A DNA stretch of 64,000 nt from Bacteroidota bacterium (GTDB lineage: Bacteria; Bacteroidota; Bacteroidia; NORP154): contig JACZWC010000014.1 in assembly GCA_022572355.1 (NCBI GenBank), positions 7,604 through 71,603 on the forward strand, read 5' to 3'. Under the pieces are notes generated by a model that was not told the DNA's origin, searched no databases, and worked only from the letters and a program-made list of their open reading frames with translations. Shown piece by piece: positions 29,101 to 38,220 of this stretch. The stretch's first letter is position 1, and each line of letters begins with the position of its first letter. The position numbers and the translations under genes are program-made.

Positions 29101-30437
29101 ACACCAACGCCAGGATCAAAGTCAGTTGGGCCGCCTATTTCGCCAGTGATGTAAAGATTCCTATTGTTATCCAAAGCGATGCTGTGGCTTAAATCCCAAC
29201 CTCCTGAACCTATAGTTTCAGCCCACAGATAGGCACCTGAAGAATCATATTTTGCAAAAAATATTCCCCGAGGAGAAGGTGACACAAGGATATTTGTAAC
29301 TATTGAGTCTGGGTTGAAATCACAAGTATCACCAAAAACGCCAGTTAAATAAACATTACTGCTATCATCTATCGCAATACTCCTACCTATGTCTATTGAC
29401 GATGATCCCATAATATTTAACCATATATTATTGCCAGAGGCATCATACTTAGCAAAGAAAATATCTGAGGCAGCTACCCCTGTTGCATATACTATTCCGC
29501 TATCATCTACTCTAATCTCATATCCTGTTTCAAGACCGGGTCCGCCAAATTTATTCGCCCAAACGAAGTTGCCAGCAGTATCAAACTTGACAAAAAAAGC
29601 ATCTAAAGATCCAGCCGAAGATAGGTTTGATATTCCACTATCAGGATCAAAATCTACTGTACCCTGAAACCCGCCTGACATATAAACATTTCCGATATAA
29701 TCCACGTCAACTGAAAACCCGGTATTACCGCCTGTTGAACCTATACCTTTCGCCCAAATAAAATTCCCATCGGTATTGTACTTAGCACAAAAAATATCCG
29801 TCCAATTTACTGAACTAAGATTAGCAGAACCAGTATCAGGATCAAAATCTACGGTGTCCTGGAAGGTACCTGTAATAATGATGTTCCCATTATCGTCAAC
29901 TGCCATTCCATAAGCTCGATCATCTCCAGCTGATCCAATTCGCTTCGCCCAAATGTAATTGCCTAGTGAATCATATTTAGCAAAAAAGATATCAAAATCT
30001 CCGATTGGAGTTAAGTTAGCAACTCCTATACCTGGGTCAAAATCTGCTGTGCCATAAAACCATCCGGTAATGTAGACATTACCGTTGTTATCAACAGCGA
30101 TGTCATAACCAATATCTGTACTCGTCGATCCTATACTTTTCGCCCAAATGTAGTTACCCATTGGATCATATTTAGCAAAAAAGATATCGGGACCGTAGTT
30201 AACAGGCATTAGGTTGGCGGTTCCAGGGCCAGGGTCAAAATCAACTACATTATTGTTGTCTAATCGGCCTGTTATATAAACATTTTTGTATTGGTCTACT
30301 TCTATATCAAAACTAACATTGTAACCCGAAGGGCCTATAGTTTTTGCCCAGTTGTAGAATTGGGCACTCAACGTTCCAAAAGGAAATGAAACGATACAGA
30401 GTATAAAAAATCCAACTGCTTTTTTCGCTTTTTTCAA
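26199..30437 (-). CDS. Giant secreted repeat protein: N-terminal SBBP beta-propeller repeats, about 8 Cys-containing ~52-aa repeats, about 8 Kelch-like ~47-aa repeats, T9SS type A C-terminal sorting domain
   Basis: Signal peptide MKKAKKAVGFFILCIVSFPFGTLSAQ. SBBP-like NVYITG…FDPG units. Repeats (L/V)IC…DS.LIYGTYRT..GTYYDS.TT..GCDS.HSTVLSVNP.Y.I.DSA and W.QK..FGG..R..AVGFSIG.KGYIGTG…DFWEYDP. C-terminal KVYPNPFSGSATVKL…QIYDITGRQV… is the T9SS CTD. Confidence 0.75.
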   Translation of the reverse strand: MKKAKKAVGFFILCIVSFPFGTLSAQFYNWAKTIGPSGYNVSFDIEVDQYKNVYITGRLDNNNVVDFDPGPGTANLMPVNYGPDIFFAKYDPMGNYIWAKSIGSTSTDIGYDIAVDNNGNVYITGWFYGTADFDPGIGVANLTPIGDFDIFFAKYDSLGNYIWAKRIGSAGDDRAYGMAVDDNGNIIITGTFQDTVDFDPDTGSANLSSVNWTDIFCAKYNTDGNFIWAKGIGSTGGNTGFSVDVDYIGNVYMSGGFQGTVDFDPDSGISNLSSAGSLDAFFVKFDTAGNFVWANKFGGPGLETGYEIRVDDSGIVYATGVAASDIFFAKYDASGNNIWLNIMGSSSIDIGRSIAIDDSSNVYLTGVFGDTCDFNPDSIVTNILVSPSPRGIFFAKYDSSGAYLWAETIGSGGWDLSHSIALDNNRNLYITGEIGGPTDFDPGVGVTTLDQSIFMAKYSPCQSIPQTTSTSTICENDSILLGGYYRKIADTYYDILTGANGCDSLHATILNVDPAYNISDSAVVLCTGDSILIYGTYRTSASTYYDSSSTTAGCDSIHSTVLISNPIGDAWTQKADFGGTARFGATGFSIGNKGYIGTGRDDLGNSHSDLWEYDQASDTWMQKASYGGVPRWGAVGFSIGTKGYIGTGYGGGYRYDFWEYNPATNTWNQKANFGGAARSQAVGFSIGSKGYIGTGLAGSGLEVKDFWEYDTLTNIWTQKTDFGGNGRFRAVGFAIEQRGYIGTGDTGNGNPQKDFWEYNPWSDSWSQKSDFGGAVRFDAVGFAIKQRGYIGVGWAVPPNSYSDDFWEYDPVTDYWEQKANLGGAARDKAVGFSINDKGYIGTGSMGVFNSFSDFWEYNPDFDVSVSKIDITCHGANNGVAEVIIFEGISPYTFAWSTSDTIDSINGLAPGTIYVTVTDSVGCVELDSITIIEPLLILDTTLLAICSDDSIYLQGAYQNSSGVYFDTLLAINGCDSIHTTVLAINPNYNITDPTVIICASDSALIYGIYRTISGIFYDSLSTIDGCDSIHSTVLSVNPEYSINDSALIICNGDSSLIYGTYRTSGGTYYDSLTTVDGCDSVYSTILTVNNTFDINDSAISICNSDSSLIYGTYRTNAGTYYDSFTSVNGCDSVHSTVLSVTPTYDISDSAMTICDNDSSLIYGAYRTSAATYFDSLVTINGCDSIHSTILSVNPTYNISDSALTICIGDSSLVYGVYRVSSGTYFDSLATIAGCDSIHSTSLSVADLPVVTITGLDSVYCSTAPAVALTGVPDSGTFSGIGVANNYFYPTTGVNSYVVTYAYTDSLGCTDSASQSVTVEYCLGIDEIANKDLIKVYPNPFSGSATVKLNRQSANSKRQLQIYDITGRQVRTYILFKSQTTLILQANEIGTGMFFIHLISAGNIVSLKKVVITE

Positions 30438-30558
30438 CTGTTTTTCTTTCTATGAATCATAATCGGTTAAAGTTTTAAGTCGTGCAATACCTTCTAAACA
30501 ACATTTGAGATTGGTCTTGTTCTGCCAATTATTTCATAACACCAAACTTTGGACATTA

Positions 30559-33500
30559 TTAATCCAACAACGTTACATGCCCAATATACATATGAGGATA
30601 ATCCTTGTAATCCGTCAAATTGATTACATATACGTACACATCCTGCTGGGCCTTCTTTCTGCCATTATTAGCCTGTCCATTCCAGCCATGTTCGAGGTCG
30701 TGCGAGACAAAAATTTTATCACCCCAGCGGTTGTAGATTCGGAATTCAAATAGCTTGATTCCGATTCCTATCCCGGAGAAAATGTCATTCATGCCGTCTC
30801 CATTAGGAGTAAATGTGTTGGCAATAAAAAACGCAAAACCCGGCTCCACATAAACTTCACCATAAGCTGTATCTGCACACCCTATCCCGTTGTAAACAAT
30901 TTGCATAACCTGATAGTGGCCCGAATCAGGAAAAGAATAAGTATTGTTACAAGGAGATATGGTATCGCCACCGCTGGTAATGATGATGCAGTTTTGTGCC
31001 CCTTGGGAGTTGTCAATAAATATTACGCTGGGATCATAAATGGTCAATTCTTCTGGTATAATAGTCAGCCCGGCAGTTGGAATATCATACACCAAAACCG
31101 TAATCGTGGTATCCATCACAGGAGTAGTTTTGCAGATGCTGTGGGTTATTTCCAGGGTAACGGTATAGCTTCCAGAATTTTGATAGGTGTGCTGCACACT
31201 GTCTTCAGTAGCGAAATTCAATGCTCCTGATGGTGGATCACCGAAATTCCAGAAATAGGTAACGCTCGAGTCAACCGGAGTAGAATTGCTGATAAACTCG
31301 GCGGGAAATGGTTTACACCCTGAACTTACCGGAACATCAATCGATGCAACCGGAACGGGTATAATATCCACCTTTACGCTATCCGTATTTGGGCATCCTA
31401 TTGCATCAAATGCCGTGACCCAATAGGTAGTTGTTATGGTTGGGGCCTCGGTAATAGTTTGTCCGGGCTTGCTGCCATTCCATAAATACGTTACGCCGCC
31501 GGAGCCCGTCAAGACAACAGATTCTCCCTGGCAAATTGTTGTATCGGGGCCTGCATTTGCTGTGGGGGCGAGGTTTACGAATACCGTAATATTAGCCGAG
31601 TCGTTACATCCAATTAGATCTGAAACAATGACAAAATAGGTGGTCGTAGAATCAGGTGCAACGACAATATCTGCTGTGGTTTCAGCTGTGCTCCACAAAT
31701 AGCTGGTTGCACCTGATGCAGTGAGCGTGACATTGTCACCCTCGCAAATTGTAGGATCTGGCCCTGTGGTTGCAATGGGTAATGGACTAACAGTTACAAC
31801 AACCGAGTCATCATCATCGCAGGTGCCGCTGGAAACATTCACGTAATATACCGTGGTGGCATTCGGAGCTACCGATGGATTCGCGATAAATGGATCACTT
31901 AGCCCAGTTTGTGGCGTCCAGAGATAAGTTGCTCCACCCGATGCGTTCAAATTCAAGGAATCGCCCATGCAAATAGTGGTATCCGTGCCTGCCTCCGCCA
32001 CAATAAAGTTTTGCACCGTAACGGTAAGCGTATCGGTATCCTGGCAACCGTTGGAGTCAAAGACAGTAACCACATAATCAGTTGTAACCGTAGGAAAGGC
32101 CATGGGAGTGGCTGTATTCGAATTTAACAAAGTACTATCCGGTGTCCAGCTATAGGTCACGCCGCCGGAAGCAGCCAGGATCACCGTGTTTCCCGTACAA
32201 ATGGTAACATCCAATCCAGCCTCTGCTATGGGAGTTGCCAGTATTCCAACGTTTACTGTGTCTGAATTTATACATCCATTGGTGTCTGTGGCAAAAACCA
32301 GGTATGAAATGTTGGTATCTGGGGTCACTGTGGGTGTTTGGCAACTGGTACAGCTTAGATAGGTTGGGGGATCCCACAAATAGGTCGAAGCTCCAGAGAC
32401 ATTCAGTATTGCAGATCCATCCGGGCAAACCTCTATGTCAGGTGACGCGACAACTACAGGTAGAGGATGAACAATTACAATGGCAGTGGCAGAATCTACT
32501 ACCTGGCATGTGGTGGAGTCAGTAATGACCAGGATTACTGTGTAAGTACCAGTATCGGTATAAACATGTGGCTCCTGAAATAAGGTAGAGTAGGTGCTAT
32601 CGCCGAAATCCCAGAAAAAACTGAGACCACCTGTTGATTCATTGATGAAGTTCGCCGTAAAGGGAACGCAACCCTCATAGTCTGGGAGTATATTGAATTG
32701 TGCGTTGATATCTGACATATCAAACTTAAATGCTGCGTTGTTGCAATTAGGGCTGTTGTTGGTGTTTGACCATACTCCTGGTGTGGTTGGATAGTCGGAG
32801 TTTGCGCCGCATCCTCCACATACTGATTGATATACAATTCCATTTTTGTCGAATCTACTCGTACCTCCATCCACATGCTCATTGCTAATTGGCCCACCGA
32901 AAAAGGTCGCATACAATAATGTTTCAGCATTTTTAAACAGGACCATGAGATGAAAATCACTGCCATCCGTTGTAGATTGGAAAGCATTACCTGTTATAGG
33001 CATACCGAAGGTACTTCCCTGCTGATTGATGACGCCTCCCCACCCAGATACAAATACGTTTTCGCAATTGTTGACCAGAAATGCTGACGGAGATATGTTG
33101 GGAATACCACCACCGGTTCCATAAGTCGTGGAGTATATGGTGGCGCTCAATGCGTTGTTGAGCTTATGAATGAATTGATTGCCACCAGGATTTGAATAAA
33201 TTGTGCCAATTACCGAGTCGGGAATAACCAAATATGTCCCCTCGGTTTGTCCAAGTAAGTACACATTGTTGTTGCTGTCAAGCTGAACGAAATAGGTTTG
33301 GTCATAGGATGGAGTGCCAATATACGTAGCTGCAATTAACGTGCCTCCACTGTTGGAGATATGGGCAACAAAGCCATCTACGCCGCCTTGAATTGTCGGG
33401 TTCAGGGCGCCTGAGGTGGTGGGGAAATCAAGGCTGGTAGTTCCGCCGCATATATACACATCGCTTCCCAAGTCAAATTGCACGGCGTAGGCCGCATCAT

Positions 33501-35016
33501 CACTTGACCCTCCCAAATATGAACTCCAGATTAAAGCCGATAAATTGGCGTTTAGTTTAAATGTGCAGCCATCTGTGGCGCCTCCGGCAAAGGTGGTTTG
33601 AAATCCGTTGACAATTGGGAAATCCGTAGAGGCGGTAGTTGTAGCAATGTAGCTGTCACCATTTCCGTCAACGATGATCTCTCCTCTAAAATCATCACCA
33701 TAATTGTACCTCGTAGAAGGTGATATATTCAAACCGTCATTACCTGTACCTCCAACATATGTGGATGCCACGAGCGACGTGCCGTCCGCACTTAATTTTG
33801 CCACCACAAGATCAGAACCGTTGAGATACTCTATGGAGCTGGAACTCGTAACGCTGCTACCACCGTTAAACGAGGTATCATAAGCACCACTGGTAGTTGG
33901 AAAATTTGCTGAACCTGTCGTGCCAAAGATCAATAGCTCACCGGCTCCGTTAACCACTAAACTATGGGGACATTCGTTAAAAGACCCACCAAGGTAGGTG
34001 GCAAACACCCTGCTCGAACCATCTGGTGTGTATTTGATTATACCCATGTCGCAGGCGTAGAATGTTCCTCCCGCAAAGCTGTCCTGATAGGCTCCGGGAG
34101 TTGGTAAAAATCCCGTATCCCCTGGTGTGGTTTGGTATCCCGGTGCGAAGACAATTCCTCCTGAAAATAGATGGCCATCAGTATCGAAGGTTGCAGTAAA
34201 ACCCCAGTTGTCAGCAAATGATCCTGAAAATGTGGAGAAGATCAATTTTGGATCGATGATCAATGGGAGATTGGTGTCATATCCTTCCGGGAAATTGAAT
34301 GACATAACTTTCCCTTCCAACTGAAATTCGCATGGAACCTGAATGTGCACACCATCTTCCACTTGATAAGCATATGGGCGCTGTTCGAGAATATTATTTA
34401 CCGATGTAATGATGTGCAGATTGCCGTCACGAATAAAAAGTTCACTGAGCCCGTTGTATTGAAGCTTTATTTGACTGGGATCCCCTGCTGGATTGACAAT
34501 GAAGTCATATTTTAAATCGAAATCGCTGCTGTACACGTGCATGTCAATATTTGCGTACACCGATTCATAATTTAGTTCAGCGTATATCCTGACATTCGAT
34601 GCCCACATTTCGGGATCGTCTCCGATATAGTAATTCCTGTATTCTTTAAAGGGATTTGCGCCTTGTATTTTTTTGGTTTCAGCATTCAATAAATCCACAG
34701 TGAAAATATGATAGCGCATGAGTCCACCCTCATTTTTCTCACTCCCACTTCCATGGTCATTCATGTTGCTAAGGTCTTCCTCATTGTAAAAGACATAACT
34801 AAAGCCTAATTTCCGCAGGTACAAATATCCGTTTGGCAATTCTGAAATGTGCGAAATACCCTTGTTCCATTGCCCTTTGTTTTCAATGAATTGTATACCC
34901 GTCTCGATAGCAGCAATGGTTTTGGGAGTGTATTTATCAGCCTGGTCTTGTGCAAAAGCGATACTACCGGCAAGTGCACAAAAGAGACTGATGAAGAAAA
35001 GACACGCTTTTTTCAT
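30559..35016 (-). CDS. Giant secreted protein with SBBP repeats, PKD domains, SprB-like Ig repeats and T9SS type B (gliding-motility-associated) C-terminal domain
   Basis: Signal peptide MKKACLFFISLFCALAGSIAFAQ. PKD signature …WDFGDSTYSTLFQEPHVYTDTGTYTVILVITD. Repeated …AGLDVTIC.G…L.ASGG.TYSWTP… units. C-terminal FFIANTFTPNGDGMNDIF…RIYNRWGDKIF…YIGHVTLLD. Confidence 0.75.
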   Translation of the reverse strand: MKKACLFFISLFCALAGSIAFAQDQADKYTPKTIAAIETGIQFIENKGQWNKGISHISELPNGYLYLRKLGFSYVFYNEEDLSNMNDHGSGSEKNEGGLMRYHIFTVDLLNAETKKIQGANPFKEYRNYYIGDDPEMWASNVRIYAELNYESVYANIDMHVYSSDFDLKYDFIVNPAGDPSQIKLQYNGLSELFIRDGNLHIITSVNNILEQRPYAYQVEDGVHIQVPCEFQLEGKVMSFNFPEGYDTNLPLIIDPKLIFSTFSGSFADNWGFTATFDTDGHLFSGGIVFAPGYQTTPGDTGFLPTPGAYQDSFAGGTFYACDMGIIKYTPDGSSRVFATYLGGSFNECPHSLVVNGAGELLIFGTTGSANFPTTSGAYDTSFNGGSSVTSSSSIEYLNGSDLVVAKLSADGTSLVASTYVGGTGNDGLNISPSTRYNYGDDFRGEIIVDGNGDSYIATTTASTDFPIVNGFQTTFAGGATDGCTFKLNANLSALIWSSYLGGSSDDAAYAVQFDLGSDVYICGGTTSLDFPTTSGALNPTIQGGVDGFVAHISNSGGTLIAATYIGTPSYDQTYFVQLDSNNNVYLLGQTEGTYLVIPDSVIGTIYSNPGGNQFIHKLNNALSATIYSTTYGTGGGIPNISPSAFLVNNCENVFVSGWGGVINQQGSTFGMPITGNAFQSTTDGSDFHLMVLFKNAETLLYATFFGGPISNEHVDGGTSRFDKNGIVYQSVCGGCGANSDYPTTPGVWSNTNNSPNCNNAAFKFDMSDINAQFNILPDYEGCVPFTANFINESTGGLSFFWDFGDSTYSTLFQEPHVYTDTGTYTVILVITDSTTCQVVDSATAIVIVHPLPVVVASPDIEVCPDGSAILNVSGASTYLWDPPTYLSCTSCQTPTVTPDTNISYLVFATDTNGCINSDTVNVGILATPIAEAGLDVTICTGNTVILAASGGVTYSWTPDSTLLNSNTATPMAFPTVTTDYVVTVFDSNGCQDTDTLTVTVQNFIVAEAGTDTTICMGDSLNLNASGGATYLWTPQTGLSDPFIANPSVAPNATTVYYVNVSSGTCDDDDSVVVTVSPLPIATTGPDPTICEGDNVTLTASGATSYLWSTAETTADIVVAPDSTTTYFVIVSDLIGCNDSANITVFVNLAPTANAGPDTTICQGESVVLTGSGGVTYLWNGSKPGQTITEAPTITTTYWVTAFDAIGCPNTDSVKVDIIPVPVASIDVPVSSGCKPFPAEFISNSTPVDSSVTYFWNFGDPPSGALNFATEDSVQHTYQNSGSYTVTLEITHSICKTTPVMDTTITVLVYDIPTAGLTIIPEELTIYDPSVIFIDNSQGAQNCIIITSGGDTISPCNNTYSFPDSGHYQVMQIVYNGIGCADTAYGEVYVEPGFAFFIANTFTPNGDGMNDIFSGIGIGIKLFEFRIYNRWGDKIFVSHDLEHGWNGQANNGRKKAQQDVYVYVINLTDYKDYPHMYIGHVTLLD

Positions 35017-35078
35017 GTTTGCTGAATTGCCAGAAGAATAAAAAAGGGCCGGTGAACCAACCCCGGAAACCAGAGCTA

Positions 35079-38045
35079 TTACTCGATCAGGGAAATGTGC
35101 CCTATCACCTTGTGCTCCCGCTCATAAATGTCAATAATGTTCACGATGTAAACGTAAACGTCTTGTTGAGCTTTTTCCTTACCACCATTCACATGGCCAT
35201 TCCAACCTTCTTTCAGATTGTTGGTCTTGAAGACCATGTCACCCCAGCGGTCATAGATGAGCATCTCGAAATCAACGATTCCGTATCCTATGCCAAAGAA
35301 AAGGTCATTCATGCCATCCGCATTTGGAGTGAAAGTGTTGGGGGCAAAAAAGATGTATTCAGGCAATATTTCCACGGTTAGAGTAATGGTGTCAGAACAA
35401 CCATAATTGTTCGTAACAATTTGCGTTATATCATGGTAAACTGTTTGGTTATACGGTAATGTGGGATCGAAATAATTTTGTTCGTAGTCGCAGATTTGCA
35501 TGGTATCACCAGGGGTAATTATCAAATAGCAATTGTTTGCCCCATCAGAAATATCTATAATAGTGACGATCGAATTATATATGGAACCTATGATTGGGTC
35601 AACAATCATTCCTGCTGTAGGGGTTGGTAACACGGTAACAGTATCATATTTCGTCATTTCCTCATAGCCTTCACAGATTCCCAGTACAATGGTTAAACTT
35701 GGGATATAGGTTCCCTCCGGATCATAAGTATGTGAAGCTGTTTGGGTAAAGGCAGAGTCTCCATCACCAAAAGCCCATATATATGTTAGTTGACTGTCAG
35801 CAACATTATTGCTGGATGACCACGCGTTAAATTCCACAGTAAACGGATTGCACCCTATTTCGCTTTCAAAATCAAAAGTTGCGATTGGTACGTCATAAAT
35901 CAGGGTAACGGTCGTTGCCGTACTCACGCATCCATTGTCTCGTATCGTAAGCGAAACAGTGAAAGAACCGGTATCGAGGTAACTATAGCTCACTGTATCA
36001 GTCGTTGAAGTTCCCAATCCATCGCCAAAATCCCACTCAAAAGTCGCGTTGGGTCCGTAAACTCCTTTTGCATCAAAAAAGAATTTATTGTCGGGAAAGC
36101 ACTGCTCCACTTGAATTGGAATACTGGCGTTGATCTCAGGAAATACACCGATCGCTACGTTATCCGTAGATGTGCAACCATTGAACGTGGTAGTAACTAC
36201 GTAATTTGTCGAGACGATGAAAGTTGTGTCATTGATCAATGAAACCGTGGGAGCTGATATCAATGAATTACTCAGGCCGGTGATCGGCGTCCAATCATAG
36301 GAATGTCCTGAGAGTATTGAAGTTCCTATTGTAACAGTATCTCCCGAGCAAATAATCGTATCAGGGCCTGCTTCTGAAACAGGCAATGGTTTTATATAAA
36401 TTGTTTGGGTATAGGTGTTTATGCAACCAAAACTTGAAATAGCAGTTAGCGTGATATCGTAAAAGCCGACACTGTCAAAATAATAGCTGATATCTTCAGT
36501 AGTGTCACTGTACAAGCCCGCCATATCCCAGGACCAGGAAACGACAGAACCAGAGTCGATCGTAGTGAGATTGTCGAAATCAATGGAGTTATTTACACAG
36601 GGTTCGTCAGTCGAAAAATCGATTTGGGGTTTCGGATATACATATACATTTTGAAAAGTAACATCTACACAACCCTTGTCATTTATCGTGGTTAACGTAA
36701 CTGCATAATAACCACCATTTGCATAGGCGTGTTGCGTATTTTGATCTTGAGACACGTTTCCATCTCCAAAATTCCAATTCCAGTTGGTGATAATGCCATT
36801 GATAGAAACGGAAAGGTCTGTAAAAAACAGATCGGAATCTGCGCAAGCTGTAATGAATTCGTAATTAGCTACCATACCAGGATAGACGTTAACCGTAGAA
36901 TACGCTGTATCGGCACAAGGCCATCCGGGATTTGCTATTAACGTCGCGTAGTATACGCCTGTATCCGGGTACAAATGCGAAGGAGAAACATCTGTGGAAG
37001 TTGCTCCATCTCCAAAATCCCAGTGATAGAAAGTTCCGCCACTGCTATTGTTTTGAAAAAGCACACTGAAATCATCACACTCCAATATATAGTTAGGCAG
37101 AGATGCAGTGATAACCGCATCGCAGTTCACCACGTTAAATTGAAAATCACGTTTGTTGGTACTGAGGAGCTGCCCGTTCAGATATTCTTTCACGCAAACG
37201 CCAACCACAAATTGTCCTACCGTTGTCGGTGCCCCATATAATTCCCCCGTTTGAGGGTCTATGGTAAGCTGAGGCGCACCATTGAATGGGCTGGTTGCCG
37301 AGTAAGGAGAAGCAAAGGTCACGAATGCGGGAGGTGGTGCAGGAGGTGGTGATGTGGGGGATGGCATCGGGCTACTGTTACTCGCGCCAACATAGGGAGC
37401 GCAAAGCTCATAAACCAACGAATCTCCGTCAATGTCGGTAGCCGAATGGTCGAAAGTTAATGTATCTCCCTCACACAAAGCAATTGGAGGAAAGTTATTG
37501 AAATAGGGATTGCTATTGCACATGCTTAACCCTGGGTCCGGAATAATGGAATAATACGTAGCCCCTGTATTGTCTGGGGTGACAATATTCAGGATAGTGC
37601 TGTTTCTGCAACAGCGCTGATATACCAGGTGGTAACCGCCCGAAAGTGCTGGAAGGTTTACGGTAGTTGTATAAATGGCCTCTTCTACACAAACATCAGG
37701 GGGAATTGCCAGGCAAGGATTGTTAATATAGACAGGAAGTTGGATTGATCCCGGAAAGGTAAGGCTAAGAGATTGAAGAAGTACACCTGAGACGTCATAA
37801 ATAAACACATACGCCGGGTTGTCGTATTGAGCGCAATTGGTGCAATAGCAATCCCGGAAAATTTTTAAGCGGATCAAATAGTCATCATTTCCGAGGCATT
37901 CATAGGTCAACTCGCCACCAACAAGGTGGTAAGCAGTTACGGGGGTGCTTACAAAGCAACATGACCCCAAAACACAAGCGAAGATGAGTTTTCTCAGCAC
38001 AACCTCTTGTTCAAAAATGCCAGCTAACGGAAGCGTTAGTACCAT
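35079..38045 (-). CDS. Large secreted protein with multiple PKD domains and T9SS type B (gliding-motility-associated) C-terminal domain
   Basis: N-terminal hydrophobic signal. Several WDFGDG/WNFGDG…Y…GxYxVTL PKD-type units. C-terminal FFAPNTFTPNADGMNDLFF…LIYDRWGDMVFKTNNLKEGWNG…VIGHISLIE. Confidence 0.75.
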   Translation of the reverse strand: MVLTLPLAGIFEQEVVLRKLIFACVLGSCCFVSTPVTAYHLVGGELTYECLGNDDYLIRLKIFRDCYCTNCAQYDNPAYVFIYDVSGVLLQSLSLTFPGSIQLPVYINNPCLAIPPDVCVEEAIYTTTVNLPALSGGYHLVYQRCCRNSTILNIVTPDNTGATYYSIIPDPGLSMCNSNPYFNNFPPIALCEGDTLTFDHSATDIDGDSLVYELCAPYVGASNSSPMPSPTSPPPAPPPAFVTFASPYSATSPFNGAPQLTIDPQTGELYGAPTTVGQFVVGVCVKEYLNGQLLSTNKRDFQFNVVNCDAVITASLPNYILECDDFSVLFQNNSSGGTFYHWDFGDGATSTDVSPSHLYPDTGVYYATLIANPGWPCADTAYSTVNVYPGMVANYEFITACADSDLFFTDLSVSINGIITNWNWNFGDGNVSQDQNTQHAYANGGYYAVTLTTINDKGCVDVTFQNVYVYPKPQIDFSTDEPCVNNSIDFDNLTTIDSGSVVSWSWDMAGLYSDTTEDISYYFDSVGFYDITLTAISSFGCINTYTQTIYIKPLPVSEAGPDTIICSGDTVTIGTSILSGHSYDWTPITGLSNSLISAPTVSLINDTTFIVSTNYVVTTTFNGCTSTDNVAIGVFPEINASIPIQVEQCFPDNKFFFDAKGVYGPNATFEWDFGDGLGTSTTDTVSYSYLDTGSFTVSLTIRDNGCVSTATTVTLIYDVPIATFDFESEIGCNPFTVEFNAWSSSNNVADSQLTYIWAFGDGDSAFTQTASHTYDPEGTYIPSLTIVLGICEGYEEMTKYDTVTVLPTPTAGMIVDPIIGSIYNSIVTIIDISDGANNCYLIITPGDTMQICDYEQNYFDPTLPYNQTVYHDITQIVTNNYGCSDTITLTVEILPEYIFFAPNTFTPNADGMNDLFFGIGYGIVDFEMLIYDRWGDMVFKTNNLKEGWNGHVNGGKEKAQQDVYVYIVNIIDIYEREHKVIGHISLIE

Positions 38046-38220
38046 TACCTGACGATGCTTAACCCGATTCAGTTGCCTTATATTGTCTTACAAGCTGCTC
38101 GGTACCCTTCAAATGTACGCAATTTTTATATCTTTGCCAGCATATAATTAATGCAAAACACATCTGGTTATACGGCTTTTTTTGAGGAAAGTTTAACCGG
38201 TTTTTTGGAAGCTCAAATTA

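Noticed and set aside
30505-30753. 82-aa plus-strand ORF spanning the intergenic gap and 3' end of the 1485-aa gene
   Set aside because: It overlaps the confidently called T9SS type B CTD coding sequence on the opposite strand, and has no motif support.
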